From Candidatus Poribacteria bacterium (GTDB lineage: Bacteria > Poribacteria > WGA-4E > PCPOR2b): 64,000 nucleotides of DNA. A program made the position numbers and the translations under genes. This document shows positions 1 to 9,338 of the stretch, piece by piece (the first letter of the stretch is position 1; every line of letters begins with the position of its first letter). The stretch covers positions 4,064,001 through 4,128,000 of the forward strand of contig OZ220744.1 of NCBI GenBank assembly GCA_965116925.1. The letters are read 5' to 3'. The notes below the pieces were generated by a model. That model saw only the letters and a list, made by a program, of their open reading frames with translations, was not told where the DNA came from and ran no database searches.

Positions 1-381
1 AAGGATCTAAAGCGTCAGTTCGTGAGTTTTGAGAGACTTATCCCCGCTGAGGAGCTTGCGTCCGCTAAGCACTTCTCTAATATGGTCGAATGTGAGTTTG
101 CGAAGGGGGATACAGCTTCCCGTCCAATTAATCTTGATCCGGGCTATATTTCGGCGGCAAAGTTGGTTCTCGCTTCGACGAAGGACCATGCACACCGCAT
201 CTATCTCCAAGATGGCATTTATGCCGAGATTACGCTCAAATTTTACCGTAAGACCTTCCAGCCTTGGGAATGGACTTATCCGGATTATCGGACATCCACC
301 TACATCGACATCTTTAATAATATCCGTCGTATCTACATGGAACAACTGAAAGGAATCGGGTTGAATCCGCACCCGTTTTAA
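1..381 (+). CDS. DUF4416-family protein (5' end outside window)
   Basis: Frame open from base 1; motifs RPINLDPGY, ASTKDHAHRIYL, WTYPDY recalled as typical of DUF4416. Confidence 0.75.
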   Translation, partial: KDLKRQFVSFERLIPAEELASAKHFSNMVECEFAKGDTASRPINLDPGYISAAKLVLASTKDHAHRIYLQDGIYAEITLKFYRKTFQPWEWTYPDYRTSTYIDIFNNIRRIYMEQLKGIGLNPHPF

Positions 382-383
382 CG

Positions 384-1568
384 ATGAAAACAAAAATCTG
401 GTCCACCTCTATTTGGTCGTTTGTTTATGTGATTCTGGTCGTTTGTTACGCGTCTCAAGCCTTCCCGTGGGGAAGCAACGCACACGAACGAATGACTAAC
501 GCCGCCTGTGATTCGCTGCCTTCAGAAATTTCCCCGTTTTTCGATAAACACCGCCAAAAACTCGCCTATCACTCGAACGATCCCGATCGGTGGAGAAGGG
601 TGCTGCTGTTTCGGATTGGGTTGAAGTACGAAGAAAATTTGAACAGTGGGCAGTTTACCGAGGATTTGCGCCAAGTGTTTGAGACGCACGGAGTTGACTT
701 CCCACAAGACGCCCCAGTCTCGCTTCGTGGAAAAAATAGAAGATGGTACGTAACGATAGGTGAACAGGAGTACCCGATTCGGAAAGAGGCGGATAAGCTG
801 TATCTGTTGGGAGATAAAGCGGACATTTTTGAAGATCGAAGTGCGGAGCCGGTGCTGCTTGGTTCTGAAGGGGACACCCATTTTGTCCTTGATACACAGG
901 AGAAACTGTTATCCTTGACTAGTCTTAATGTCTACAAAACAGGCGATCCCGCCGAAGGTCCGCGGCATTTTCTCGATATTGATATCTACGGTCCCTATCC
1001 GTTTGTGGAACTTCCCCACGACTATGATGAGGCTGTTGCGAAATTTGGCGTGGAGGCTGTTACAAAACGCGGCTTGGCGACGTGGCGTATCGCTGACTAC
1101 ACACAACTGCTATCTGAGGCAATGAAATCGGGAGACGCCGAAAAAATTGTACAGACCGCCGGTGCACTCGCCCACTACATTGAGGACATTCACATGCCGT
1201 TGCATGTTGTCAAAAATTACAATGGGCAGTTGACCAACCAACATGGTGTGCACCAACGCTTTGAGGACGATATGGTGGATGCTTATGCAGAACAGATCCC
1301 CCTCACACCGAAGATGGCGTCGGAAATTGAAGACCCGTTGGAATATGCTTTTGACATCGTACTTGACAGCTATGTATACGCCGACAATCTTCTTCATGCC
1401 GACCGCAGGGCAAAGTTAGGCGAAGATACCTACGGCACATCGTATCTGGAAAAGCTGTTCCAATTCAGTGGTTGGATAGCGGTGCAACGCATGAGTGACG
1501 CAGCAACCGCGACCGCAAGCTACTGGTATACTGCATGGCTTCTCGCCGGGAAACCTGAATTGAAGTGA
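384..1568 (+). CDS. Secreted S1/P1 nuclease / Zn-dependent phospholipase C-like protein with a ~115-aa inserted domain
   Basis: Signal peptide then WGxxAH, HFLDID, HYIEDIHMPLH, HQRFE zinc-ligand motifs. Confidence 0.75.
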   Translation: MKTKIWSTSIWSFVYVILVVCYASQAFPWGSNAHERMTNAACDSLPSEISPFFDKHRQKLAYHSNDPDRWRRVLLFRIGLKYEENLNSGQFTEDLRQVFETHGVDFPQDAPVSLRGKNRRWYVTIGEQEYPIRKEADKLYLLGDKADIFEDRSAEPVLLGSEGDTHFVLDTQEKLLSLTSLNVYKTGDPAEGPRHFLDIDIYGPYPFVELPHDYDEAVAKFGVEAVTKRGLATWRIADYTQLLSEAMKSGDAEKIVQTAGALAHYIEDIHMPLHVVKNYNGQLTNQHGVHQRFEDDMVDAYAEQIPLTPKMASEIEDPLEYAFDIVLDSYVYADNLLHADRRAKLGEDTYGTSYLEKLFQFSGWIAVQRMSDAATATASYWYTAWLLAGKPELK

Positions 1569-1608
1569 AGTATAATAGCGAGGGAACAAATTGATAAAAA
1601 GACAAAAC

Positions 1609-2757
1609 ATGAGATTATGGTTCTGCTTGTGCTTATGTTTGATATCGGGCTGGATACCTGCTAACTCCGATCAAGGTGGTGGCGTTCCCGAAGGCAGGGC
1701 ACGGGCACGGGATCTCGGTATTAAAATCGGTATCTACGAGCCCGGTAAACACAATGCAATCACGGATGTCGCAGGGGTGAAGGTGGGGCATGTCACGTTG
1801 AAAGCCGGCGATAATGTTCGGACAGGTGTTACTGCTGTCATTCCACGCGACGATATCTGGACACATAAGTTGTTTGGTGCGGGTTATGCGATCAACGGTA
1901 ACGGTGAGGCGACAGGATTGGCGTGGGCTAATGAAGCGGGGTGGATCGAGTCCCCAATTATGCTGACGAATACACTCAGCGTTGGACCTGTCCACGATGG
2001 CGTTGTGCGGTACATGATCAAACGTTACCCGGATAACCACATCATTCTGCCAATCGTTGCAGAATGCTATGACGGTGGACTGAATGACATCAGCGGGCTG
2101 CACGTCACCGCAGAACACGCAGTTCAGGCGATAGAAAATGCTGTAGATGGTCCTGTTGTAGAGGGATGCGTTGGCGCAGGTACAGGAATGCGGTGCTACA
2201 GTTTTAAGGCAGGTATCGGTACATCTTCACGGGTGTTGCCCGCAAATCGCGGGGGATATACAGTCGGAGTGTTGGTTAATTCCAACGGTGGGCGGCGCCA
2301 TCAACTACAGATCGGTGGCGTTCCTGTCGGCAGAGAAATTACAGAGCTCACGCCAGAGTGGGGTCGAGATGGCTCGTTCATCATCGTTGTCGCAACGGAC
2401 GCCCCCTTAGTGCATCGTCAACTGATGCAACTCGCCAAGCGGGTGACACATGGACTTGCCCGTACCGGCACACCGAGTACCGTTAGCAGCGGCGAATTTG
2501 TAATTGCTTTTTCGACCGCTAACACGATTTCGCGTCGGACGGACGATGGGACATTTCCTATCACGATGCTTGCCAATCGTCGGATGGATGCGCTGTATCA
2601 AGCCGTCATTGAAGCAACAGAGGAGGCAATCCTCAACTCTATGACCACAGCAGTGACCACAGTTGGTAGAAATGGGAACACGATCTATGCCATCCCTTTG
2701 GATCGGTTACAAGCTGTGATGAAACAATATGGACAGCTTGGGTCTGAAGGCAATTGA
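1609..2757 (+). CDS. DmpA-like P1/S58 family aminopeptidase
   Basis: RARARDLGI, NAITDVAGVKVGH, NG.GE.TG, GAGTGM, autocleavage G-S in DGSFIIVVATDAP; signal peptide. Confidence 0.9.
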   Translation: MRLWFCLCLCLISGWIPANSDQGGGVPEGRARARDLGIKIGIYEPGKHNAITDVAGVKVGHVTLKAGDNVRTGVTAVIPRDDIWTHKLFGAGYAINGNGEATGLAWANEAGWIESPIMLTNTLSVGPVHDGVVRYMIKRYPDNHIILPIVAECYDGGLNDISGLHVTAEHAVQAIENAVDGPVVEGCVGAGTGMRCYSFKAGIGTSSRVLPANRGGYTVGVLVNSNGGRRHQLQIGGVPVGREITELTPEWGRDGSFIIVVATDAPLVHRQLMQLAKRVTHGLARTGTPSTVSSGEFVIAFSTANTISRRTDDGTFPITMLANRRMDALYQAVIEATEEAILNSMTTAVTTVGRNGNTIYAIPLDRLQAVMKQYGQLGSEGN

Positions 2758-2761
2758 AGCA

Positions 2762-3781
2762 TTAAAGCGTATCGCCCGTCAACTTGTTTAGATTTTGTCG
2801 CTGCTCGTTATCTGCGATGACGATCAAGCCGTCGCCAGCCTCCAACCTCAATCCACCAGAAGGGTTATAGATAAAATCCCCACTCCGCTTATGCACTGCG
2901 ACAACCATCAGGTTCGTTCGATCTGGAATGCGTGCTTCTTCTAGAGTGAGCCCCACTAATGGGGTCCCGACTTGGATGATGGATTCAGCAAAGCGGGTTG
3001 TCTCTTGACTCCGGAGCATAATGTCGAGAAAGTTGACCACGATTGGACGTGTAACTGTCGAAGCCAGCCGCATACCGCCGATATGGTCTGCTAAGACAAC
3101 CTCATCTGCGCCCGCCTGTTTTAGTTTGGAAAGCGAATTGGCTTCAACCGCTTTAGAGGCAATTTTCAATTCCGGATTCAGTTGCTTCGCAGATAGGACA
3201 ACAAATAGGTTATCTTGATCGCGTGACAATGAAGTAATCAATCCACGTGCTCGTTCAACACCCGCACGAATCAAAACCTCGTCTTCCGTTGCATCCCCAT
3301 GAACATACAGGAAACTTTTCGTTTCCAGCAAATGATCGATCCGTTCCTGCTCAAACTCAATAGCAACGAAATCCATGTTCATTTGGAGCATTTCTTCGAG
3401 CGCATGAACTCCCGTATCCCCTATGCCACAAACAATATAATGGTTTGAAAGTTTATTGATTGATTTTTCCATCTTCCTTCGTCGAAACACCTCTCGGAAT
3501 TGGCCTTCAATAACAAAGGCGGTCGCAACACCGATACTATACACAAAGATACCAAGTCCACCAATTAATAGAAAAACGGTGAAAGCCCTTCCTACCTTGG
3601 ACATATTGTCATCGGAGTATCCGACTGTCGTCAATGTAATGACAGTCATGAAAATTGCATCAAACACTGTCCATTTATGGTGTGGATTATCCCCTTCGAT
3701 CATCCAATATCCGACAACCCCGATGGCAAAAAGGACGACCAGCGAAATAATCGCGATGATGAAGTTTCGTTGATACCTCAA
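2762..3781 (-). CDS. Two-TM potassium channel with RCK/TrkA-N and TrkA-C domains (MthK-like)
   Basis: TLTTVGYS pore helix/filter, HYIVCGIGDTG Rossmann motif, C-terminal TrkA-C. Confidence 0.9.
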   Translation of the reverse strand: MRYQRNFIIAIISLVVLFAIGVVGYWMIEGDNPHHKWTVFDAIFMTVITLTTVGYSDDNMSKVGRAFTVFLLIGGLGIFVYSIGVATAFVIEGQFREVFRRRKMEKSINKLSNHYIVCGIGDTGVHALEEMLQMNMDFVAIEFEQERIDHLLETKSFLYVHGDATEDEVLIRAGVERARGLITSLSRDQDNLFVVLSAKQLNPELKIASKAVEANSLSKLKQAGADEVVLADHIGGMRLASTVTRPIVVNFLDIMLRSQETTRFAESIIQVGTPLVGLTLEEARIPDRTNLMVVAVHKRSGDFIYNPSGGLRLEAGDGLIVIADNEQRQNLNKLTGDTL

Positions 3782-4385
3782 GAGATATTCCCCTCAATTA
3801 TGAACAGTTCCGTGCAGTAGGGAAGGCAGACTTTGCCTATGCGTCCCTGGTCCTTTAGAACCATATAGTTGATGCAAAACGGGTTATAGTCCGCTCCGAT
3901 ATTTAGTTTCAGTGATGACGGTCCAATCAGTTTGCGCTGCAATAGATTTTCGATCATCAATTCCATGATACAGCAATCAACACACTATTTGAGTCAACGT
4001 CAAGGAGGGGAGCGGGGTTTCTGAAACCCCTACATCAATCGGTCATTAGACTTTGTTCGTCTTTTGGAGTAAACTTCATCATATATCAAAGCGTCAATTA
4101 GTAATGGTAAGTAATTGTGTCCCCTTAACGACTGTGTTGCGAAAATGATACGGAGTAAAGTGTAAAGTGCTAATTGCCGATGTCCCACCGATTGCGCTTT
4201 CGCGAGTTATTTTCGAGGATGCATTTCTTTGTTTCTATAATGGCACAAGATTTGCTAAAATATCGCTATGATTTTCGGGTGATAAAGGGATCGTATAGAT
4301 CTATATTGAAGTCTCTGATTTTTTCAAATATCTTGACGAAAAAATTGTCAGGACGAAGCGATATTACTTAAAGGAGTGAACAAAA

Positions 4386-5141
4386 ATGCTATCCCGTAAG
4401 TTCCAACTCAACCTCCTCATCCTTTCCATGTTTCTTTTTGCTGGTTTTACCAATTCCAGTCATGCGGAAGTGGAAAGTGTTAAAATCCACCTTTTTGGGT
4501 TCGTCAATGGTGATGATGCCCGACAGATCCGACGTTTATTAAAACCGTGGGCTAATCCGGAAGATGTGAGTTTCTACGCGCCTGTCGATAAAAAGGGGCG
4601 CAAACGTCATTTTACAACCATCGTTGAAGTTACCCCACGACGGGGTAAGAATCCGTACAATGAGGGTCGTACTTTTGACATTTATGACATTATCCGTCAA
4701 CTGAACGATCAACGCTTTCGCGGCAGTCAAAGCGGGAGCAAAGCTTGGGTTACCAAATCTGAAGCGACAGTCACTGGCAATATCTACGCGCATCCGGGCT
4801 TTTCACGGAGCTACATACGCAACGTTCCTTTTTGGCGACGTTGGCGTGCTGACACATCAGAGATCAATCATGCGATGGTTGTGAGTCCGGATCAGAAGGT
4901 CGTCTTTAGTGATGGTGATAAATTTGATGAGTTAATACAAGAGGCAAACCAAGGCGTTAATGGGGTTGAAGTCAAAGGACAGATTGTAGGCTTTGATGGG
5001 GTTTACCCCGTTATATCTGTCCGAGATTTTCGGGTCGAGTACCTAGTTGAACCGAATACGCAAGAGACCGCCGAAGAGGCAGAGGAGACCCCAAAACAAG
5101 AACCTGAGTATCTCAAAGAGACTAAAGATACTGACAAATAG
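4386..5141 (+). CDS. Hypothetical exported protein
   Basis: AAGGAG RBS, signal peptide ending SHA, acidic tail; no family recognised. Confidence 0.7.
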   Translation: MLSRKFQLNLLILSMFLFAGFTNSSHAEVESVKIHLFGFVNGDDARQIRRLLKPWANPEDVSFYAPVDKKGRKRHFTTIVEVTPRRGKNPYNEGRTFDIYDIIRQLNDQRFRGSQSGSKAWVTKSEATVTGNIYAHPGFSRSYIRNVPFWRRWRADTSEINHAMVVSPDQKVVFSDGDKFDELIQEANQGVNGVEVKGQIVGFDGVYPVISVRDFRVEYLVEPNTQETAEEAEETPKQEPEYLKETKDTDK

Positions 5142-5342
5142 ACACGACACCGACTATATAGTAACGAGTTACGATATATGAGGGGTTGGGAACACTACGA
5201 CGAGCACGGAATCGTACTTCCTAACCCCTCAATTTATTAATTGGCTGTATGCGTGCGATTTAGTAGTTAATTGACCGTATGCGTGCAATTTAACCTTGAA
5301 CAGGTTGGGCTGTTCGTTAATTTGATGGTTTAGGAGAATGAT

Positions 5343-6386
5343 ATGCACATTTCTGAATTAGATACACCTGCACTCACTGTAGATCTTGATGTTCTTGAAC
5401 GTAATATCTATAATATGGCCTCCCTTTGTCGAGAGATTGACATCAATTTGCGCGTTCACACAAAAACTCACAAGGTCCCGGAGATTGCCGAAATGCAGGT
5501 TGCCGCCGGTTCAAAAGGAATCACCTCCCAAAAACTTGGTGAAGCAGAGGCTATGGTCGATGGCGGTCTTGATGATATCCTGATTCCCTACAATATCGTC
5601 GGCAAGCCGAAACTGCAGCGATTGACACGGTTAGTCAAACGAGCGCAGATTACCGTCGCCCTTGACTCGGAGGTAACCGCTGCAGGAATCTCTGAACAGG
5701 CAGTGACAGATGATTGCACTGTGCGCGTGGTCATTGAACAGGACACAGGGGGAGGCCGGGTCGGTGTGCAATCCCCCCAAGCCACGCTTGAACTCGCCCA
5801 AAAGATAATTAAGATGCCCGGACTTGATTTTCAGGGTATTATGACCTATGGGAGCAATATCCGTGCAAAGCCTTTCATTGATGAAACGGTAGATCTCCTA
5901 AATGGTGCAGGGATCCCCATCAATATCATCAGTGGGGGCGGGACAGGTGCCGAGCAGGCATCAAAGGATATCGGCTGCACGGAGACACGTAGCGGCTCGT
6001 ATGTTTACGAAGGCATGACGCGCATTTCTGGATCGGAGGCACTCAACCCGGACCGATGCGCCCTGCGGATGATTGTGACGGTCGTGAGCACCCCAACCGC
6101 AGATCGAATCATCGTTGACGGTGGCGCCAAGACGTTCACCAGCTATCCGCCCACGCCCTATGGCCACATCGTCGGACATCCAGATGTCAAGATATATGGG
6201 ATGTCTGTCGAACACGGACATCTTGATGTGAGTGAATCGCAGCAGAAATTCCGCGTTGGCGATCAGTTGGCTGTTATTCCCCTGCATCAAGGGATGACAA
6301 GCAATCTGCACGATGAGTTGGTCGCAGTGAGAAATGAGCAGGTGGAAACTGTTTGGAAAATCGCTGGGCGCGGCAAAGTCAAATAG
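5343..6386 (+). CDS. D-threonine aldolase / D-serine dehydratase-like PLP enzyme (alanine racemase fold)
   Basis: LDTPALTVDL, LRVHTKTHK PLP lysine, SGGGT, SVEHG. Confidence 0.85.
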   Translation: MHISELDTPALTVDLDVLERNIYNMASLCREIDINLRVHTKTHKVPEIAEMQVAAGSKGITSQKLGEAEAMVDGGLDDILIPYNIVGKPKLQRLTRLVKRAQITVALDSEVTAAGISEQAVTDDCTVRVVIEQDTGGGRVGVQSPQATLELAQKIIKMPGLDFQGIMTYGSNIRAKPFIDETVDLLNGAGIPINIISGGGTGAEQASKDIGCTETRSGSYVYEGMTRISGSEALNPDRCALRMIVTVVSTPTADRIIVDGGAKTFTSYPPTPYGHIVGHPDVKIYGMSVEHGHLDVSESQQKFRVGDQLAVIPLHQGMTSNLHDELVAVRNEQVETVWKIAGRGKVK

Positions 6387-6408
6387 CTCCAGCAAACCAA
6401 GTCGAGTT

Positions 6409-7158
6409 TCATAGACCGTAAATTGCCTTCAGATTTCCACCGAGGATGCTTGCAGCTTCCTCGTCGGTAAACCCGATATTTCGGATACCGTTGACGCCAT
6501 TTACAGCGTCTCCGCTAGGCGAGTTAGATCCGAAAACGATGCGATCTGCGCCAATCCGTCCGCCACGTGCAATGCCCTTGATGGTAATCGGTTCAGCAGC
6601 GGCAATAAGGGTTGTACCGAGATAAATATTGGAATTCTCAACTGCGGCTTGTACAGCCAATTGCGTCCACTCACGATAGCCCATGTGGTCCATAATGATT
6701 GTCACATCTGGGTGGCGTTTCGCAAGTGTTCCAATAAACTCTGGTGAGCATCCGCTCATCGGTGAGCCGGAGTGGATGGTAGCCGGAATGCTAAGTGCTT
6801 TGGCAAGTTCCATGACGGGATCAACACAGGGTGCGTCAAGACGATACCGATGTGCTGCTGCCATCAGTTTGACTGTCCGAGCACCTGCATCAACGGATCG
6901 TTTTAAGTCATCGCAAGCAGCGGAACCCATTGTGGGATTAATCAGGCAGCCCGGAACGATACGCGGTTCGCCTTTCGTTTCTTCGAGCAGATGAGCGTTG
7001 ATTTCTGCTGGATTGGGTGGCAATCCGCCGGGAAATACGACACAGACATCAATACCTGCCTTATCGGCAACGGCTATCAGCCCCGTCTTACCGTAAGGTT
7101 TGTCGTTAAAGTCAGCGGGCATATAAGCTTCAAAATCCGCAACAAATTGTGCAGCCAT
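6409..7158 (-). CDS. Amidohydrolase_2 family protein
   Basis: IHSG, IIMDHMG, RIVFGSNSP, ILGGN motifs. Confidence 0.8.
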   Translation of the reverse strand: MAAQFVADFEAYMPADFNDKPYGKTGLIAVADKAGIDVCVVFPGGLPPNPAEINAHLLEETKGEPRIVPGCLINPTMGSAACDDLKRSVDAGARTVKLMAAAHRYRLDAPCVDPVMELAKALSIPATIHSGSPMSGCSPEFIGTLAKRHPDVTIIMDHMGYREWTQLAVQAAVENSNIYLGTTLIAAAEPITIKGIARGGRIGADRIVFGSNSPSGDAVNGVNGIRNIGFTDEEAASILGGNLKAIYGL

Positions 7159-7230
7159 AAAGTTCTCCTTATCTTAACATAAGCGCGAAAAGATTGATAG
7201 AGTGGAAAAACGTTTCCCATATCCGAAGTA

Positions 7231-7659
7231 TCATCTCTGCACCAGTTCAATCAGAATACCATCAGGGTCTCTTGCACAGACTACACCGCCGGCATCCGGA
7301 GCCCCGACCGGATCAGACAAAAACTCCACCCCTTTCTGTTTTAATCTTTCGACGGTTCCCCACACGTCCTCGACGAAGAAGGTGAGCCAGCGCACACCTG
7401 CTGAGAAATCGTAGGAGGGTGTTGACGGCGGCGATTCGATGCTCATCAATTTAATGAGCGTTTGTCCAGCTTGCAGGCGAACTTGGCGAAATCCACGCGG
7501 TGCCAATCCTGCCCCTTTCGCAACATCTTCAGGTATCTGAATATCCAGAACAACCTCCAAACCTAGACATTCGTGGTAGAAGCGCAGCGACTCCTCAAAG
7601 TTACTGCACGTAATAGCAATGTCAACGATGGGATGGGTTAATTGTAACATAGCAATCAA
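7231..7659 (-). CDS. VOC/glyoxalase family protein
   Basis: SLRFY...LGL and RDPDGILIELVQ motifs. Confidence 0.85.
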   Translation of the reverse strand: MIAMLQLTHPIVDIAITCSNFEESLRFYHECLGLEVVLDIQIPEDVAKGAGLAPRGFRQVRLQAGQTLIKLMSIESPPSTPSYDFSAGVRWLTFFVEDVWGTVERLKQKGVEFLSDPVGAPDAGGVVCARDPDGILIELVQR

Positions 7660-7922
7660 TCTCTCCTTTTTGGTGGCATTCTCTTTTTATCTGAGCGGTA
7701 GTGAGATTATATCATGACAGCCTCATACCGTCGAGAGAAAAACATGTAATTGAGGAGAACCAAAATGACACAAGCCGCCTTGCAGACGCGTTTTGTGTGA
7801 AGCTATCCGATAAATTTTAGAGACTGCGGCAGATATATTCTATCAACCTTGCTGCTTGACGATCTGTCTAGCATGGTGTTATTATTTCTGCAATAGAAGA
7901 TTCAAGGGAGGTTTCTTTATTT

Positions 7923-8321
7923 ATGCATTATCAATCTTATGATGGACTACAAAGCAACGTCCGTGAAATGAAAACGCCGAGCATCGAAACTTGGAAAAAT
8001 GAGTATAGCGATAAAGATTACACCATTGAAGTAACGACTCCGGAATTTACGGCGATTTGTCCCAAAACCGGGTTGCCAGACTTTGGAACAATTCAGATTG
8101 CCTATATCCCCGATGAGCGATGTGTCGAACTCAAATCGTTGAAAGAGTATTTTCTATTTTACCGGGATGTTGGAATATTTCACGAACATGTTGTCAATAA
8201 AATTCTGGTAGATTTTGTTGCGGCATGCAATCCGCGGAGGGTCGAGATCGTTGGAGATTTTCACGTCCGTGGGGGCATTAAGACTGTTATCCGTGCTAAC
8301 TATGAACGGGAGGATGTATAA
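7923..8321 (+). CDS. queF: preQ1 synthase (NADPH-dependent 7-cyano-7-deazaguanine reductase)
   Basis: PEFTAICPKTGLPDFG, VELKSLKEY, FHE, RGGI motifs. Confidence 0.95.
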   Translation: MHYQSYDGLQSNVREMKTPSIETWKNEYSDKDYTIEVTTPEFTAICPKTGLPDFGTIQIAYIPDERCVELKSLKEYFLFYRDVGIFHEHVVNKILVDFVAACNPRRVEIVGDFHVRGGIKTVIRANYEREDV

Positions 8322-8358
8322 TAAAAAAACTCATGTTAAAAGAAAGTGTAAAACATAC

Positions 8359-8497
8359 TAGGACTTACGCAGTTGAATGGTCAAAGCCTTGTAGTTCGGC
8401 GATTCATCGCCCGTCCCCCCTCTATCCCCTCGCAAGCAGTGGGAGGGAAGAACGCGCAATGAATTGCGCTACTACAAACTGAAGTGCGTAACTCCTA
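8359..8497. mobile_element. MITE family A (139 bp; TIR TAGGACTTACGCA/TGCGTAACTCCTA)
   Basis: 13-bp TIR (12/13), 5-bp direct repeat CATAC on both sides; near-identical copies at 27154 and 41523. Confidence 0.9.
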
Positions 8498-8570
8498 CAT
8501 ACAAAGCGTAAAACGTGATGCGTAAAACGTAAAAGCACTTTGTTCATTAGTACATTTCCCATCTTTACGC

Positions 8571-9221
8571 CTATCGTGGGCTTATTTCAAAACGATGTAA
8601 CCCGTGCCGGAATACGATAACGTTACCCCCATGAGCTAAAAGCACCTTCATATCATACTGGCTGAACCACCGGATCACCCCTGTGATAATCTCCCCACCT
8701 CTGAGAGTTAAGCGCACCGGAATTTTTGCCTTGCAGCAACGCACAAGCACACGATCGTCAACTTGAAATCGTTCAGATCTGTGAACAATCGAGATCAAAT
8801 TTTGCGCTTTCAACTCCAAATCCACTTCAATATCTTGCACAACTTGAGGCTTTTCATCCCGCTTATACATATACTTGATGTTGAGTTTTTCCAGATGATG
8901 CTCCACTCCATTGACTGATACGACAGCAAGGGAGTAAGTCAATCGGCGGCTGATGATGCCTTCAATATGTTCCCCGTAAAGTTCAAAAACCATCGGTGTT
9001 TTTTTCCGAATCTGCTTTTGAACGTAAGCGCGTCCATGGCTCTCCGCGCGAATCTGAGTCAGCAACTCTGGAGGTAGATGACGGCGTGTTTGTTGTTTAT
9101 GGTGTGAGGACTTACGGTGTCTATCGCGATGTTTATACCGCCGAGGGCTCTGTGAGGAATTCTTTTGTGATTGGGAGGTTAAATCATTCTGCCAAACTGA
9201 AGTTATTGACCGCGCCGCCAA
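8571..9221 (-). CDS. Protein with basic N-terminal tail and two tandem Hfq/Sm-like domains
   Basis: C-terminal KIPVRLTLRGGEIITGVIRWFSQYDM..VIVFRHGL aligns by eye with Hfq Sm1/Sm2; weaker upstream copy KTPMVFELYGEHIEGII..LEKLNI. Confidence 0.6.
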   Translation of the reverse strand: MAARSITSVWQNDLTSQSQKNSSQSPRRYKHRDRHRKSSHHKQQTRRHLPPELLTQIRAESHGRAYVQKQIRKKTPMVFELYGEHIEGIISRRLTYSLAVVSVNGVEHHLEKLNIKYMYKRDEKPQVVQDIEVDLELKAQNLISIVHRSERFQVDDRVLVRCCKAKIPVRLTLRGGEIITGVIRWFSQYDMKVLLAHGGNVIVFRHGLHRFEISPR

Positions 9222-9261
9222 TGGATTGCTCTCCTGTTTAGACGTTCTATTTTAGATATAT

Positions 9262-9298
9262 AAAAAAGGCGTTTGGGAAAGATATCCCAAACGCCTTT
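9262..9298 (-). terminator. Intrinsic terminator downstream of giant TPR gene
   Basis: GGCGTTTGGGA...TCCCAAACGCC stem with A-tract on + strand (U-tract on -). Confidence 0.8.
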
Positions 9299-9338
9299 GC
9301 TGAAATGGAGCTAATGAATCAAAAACATGGGTGGTGTC

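Noticed and set aside
7800..7922. preQ1 riboswitch upstream of queF
   Set aside because: No recognisable stem-loop plus A-rich tail consensus; an Rfam scan would be needed to exclude a divergent form.
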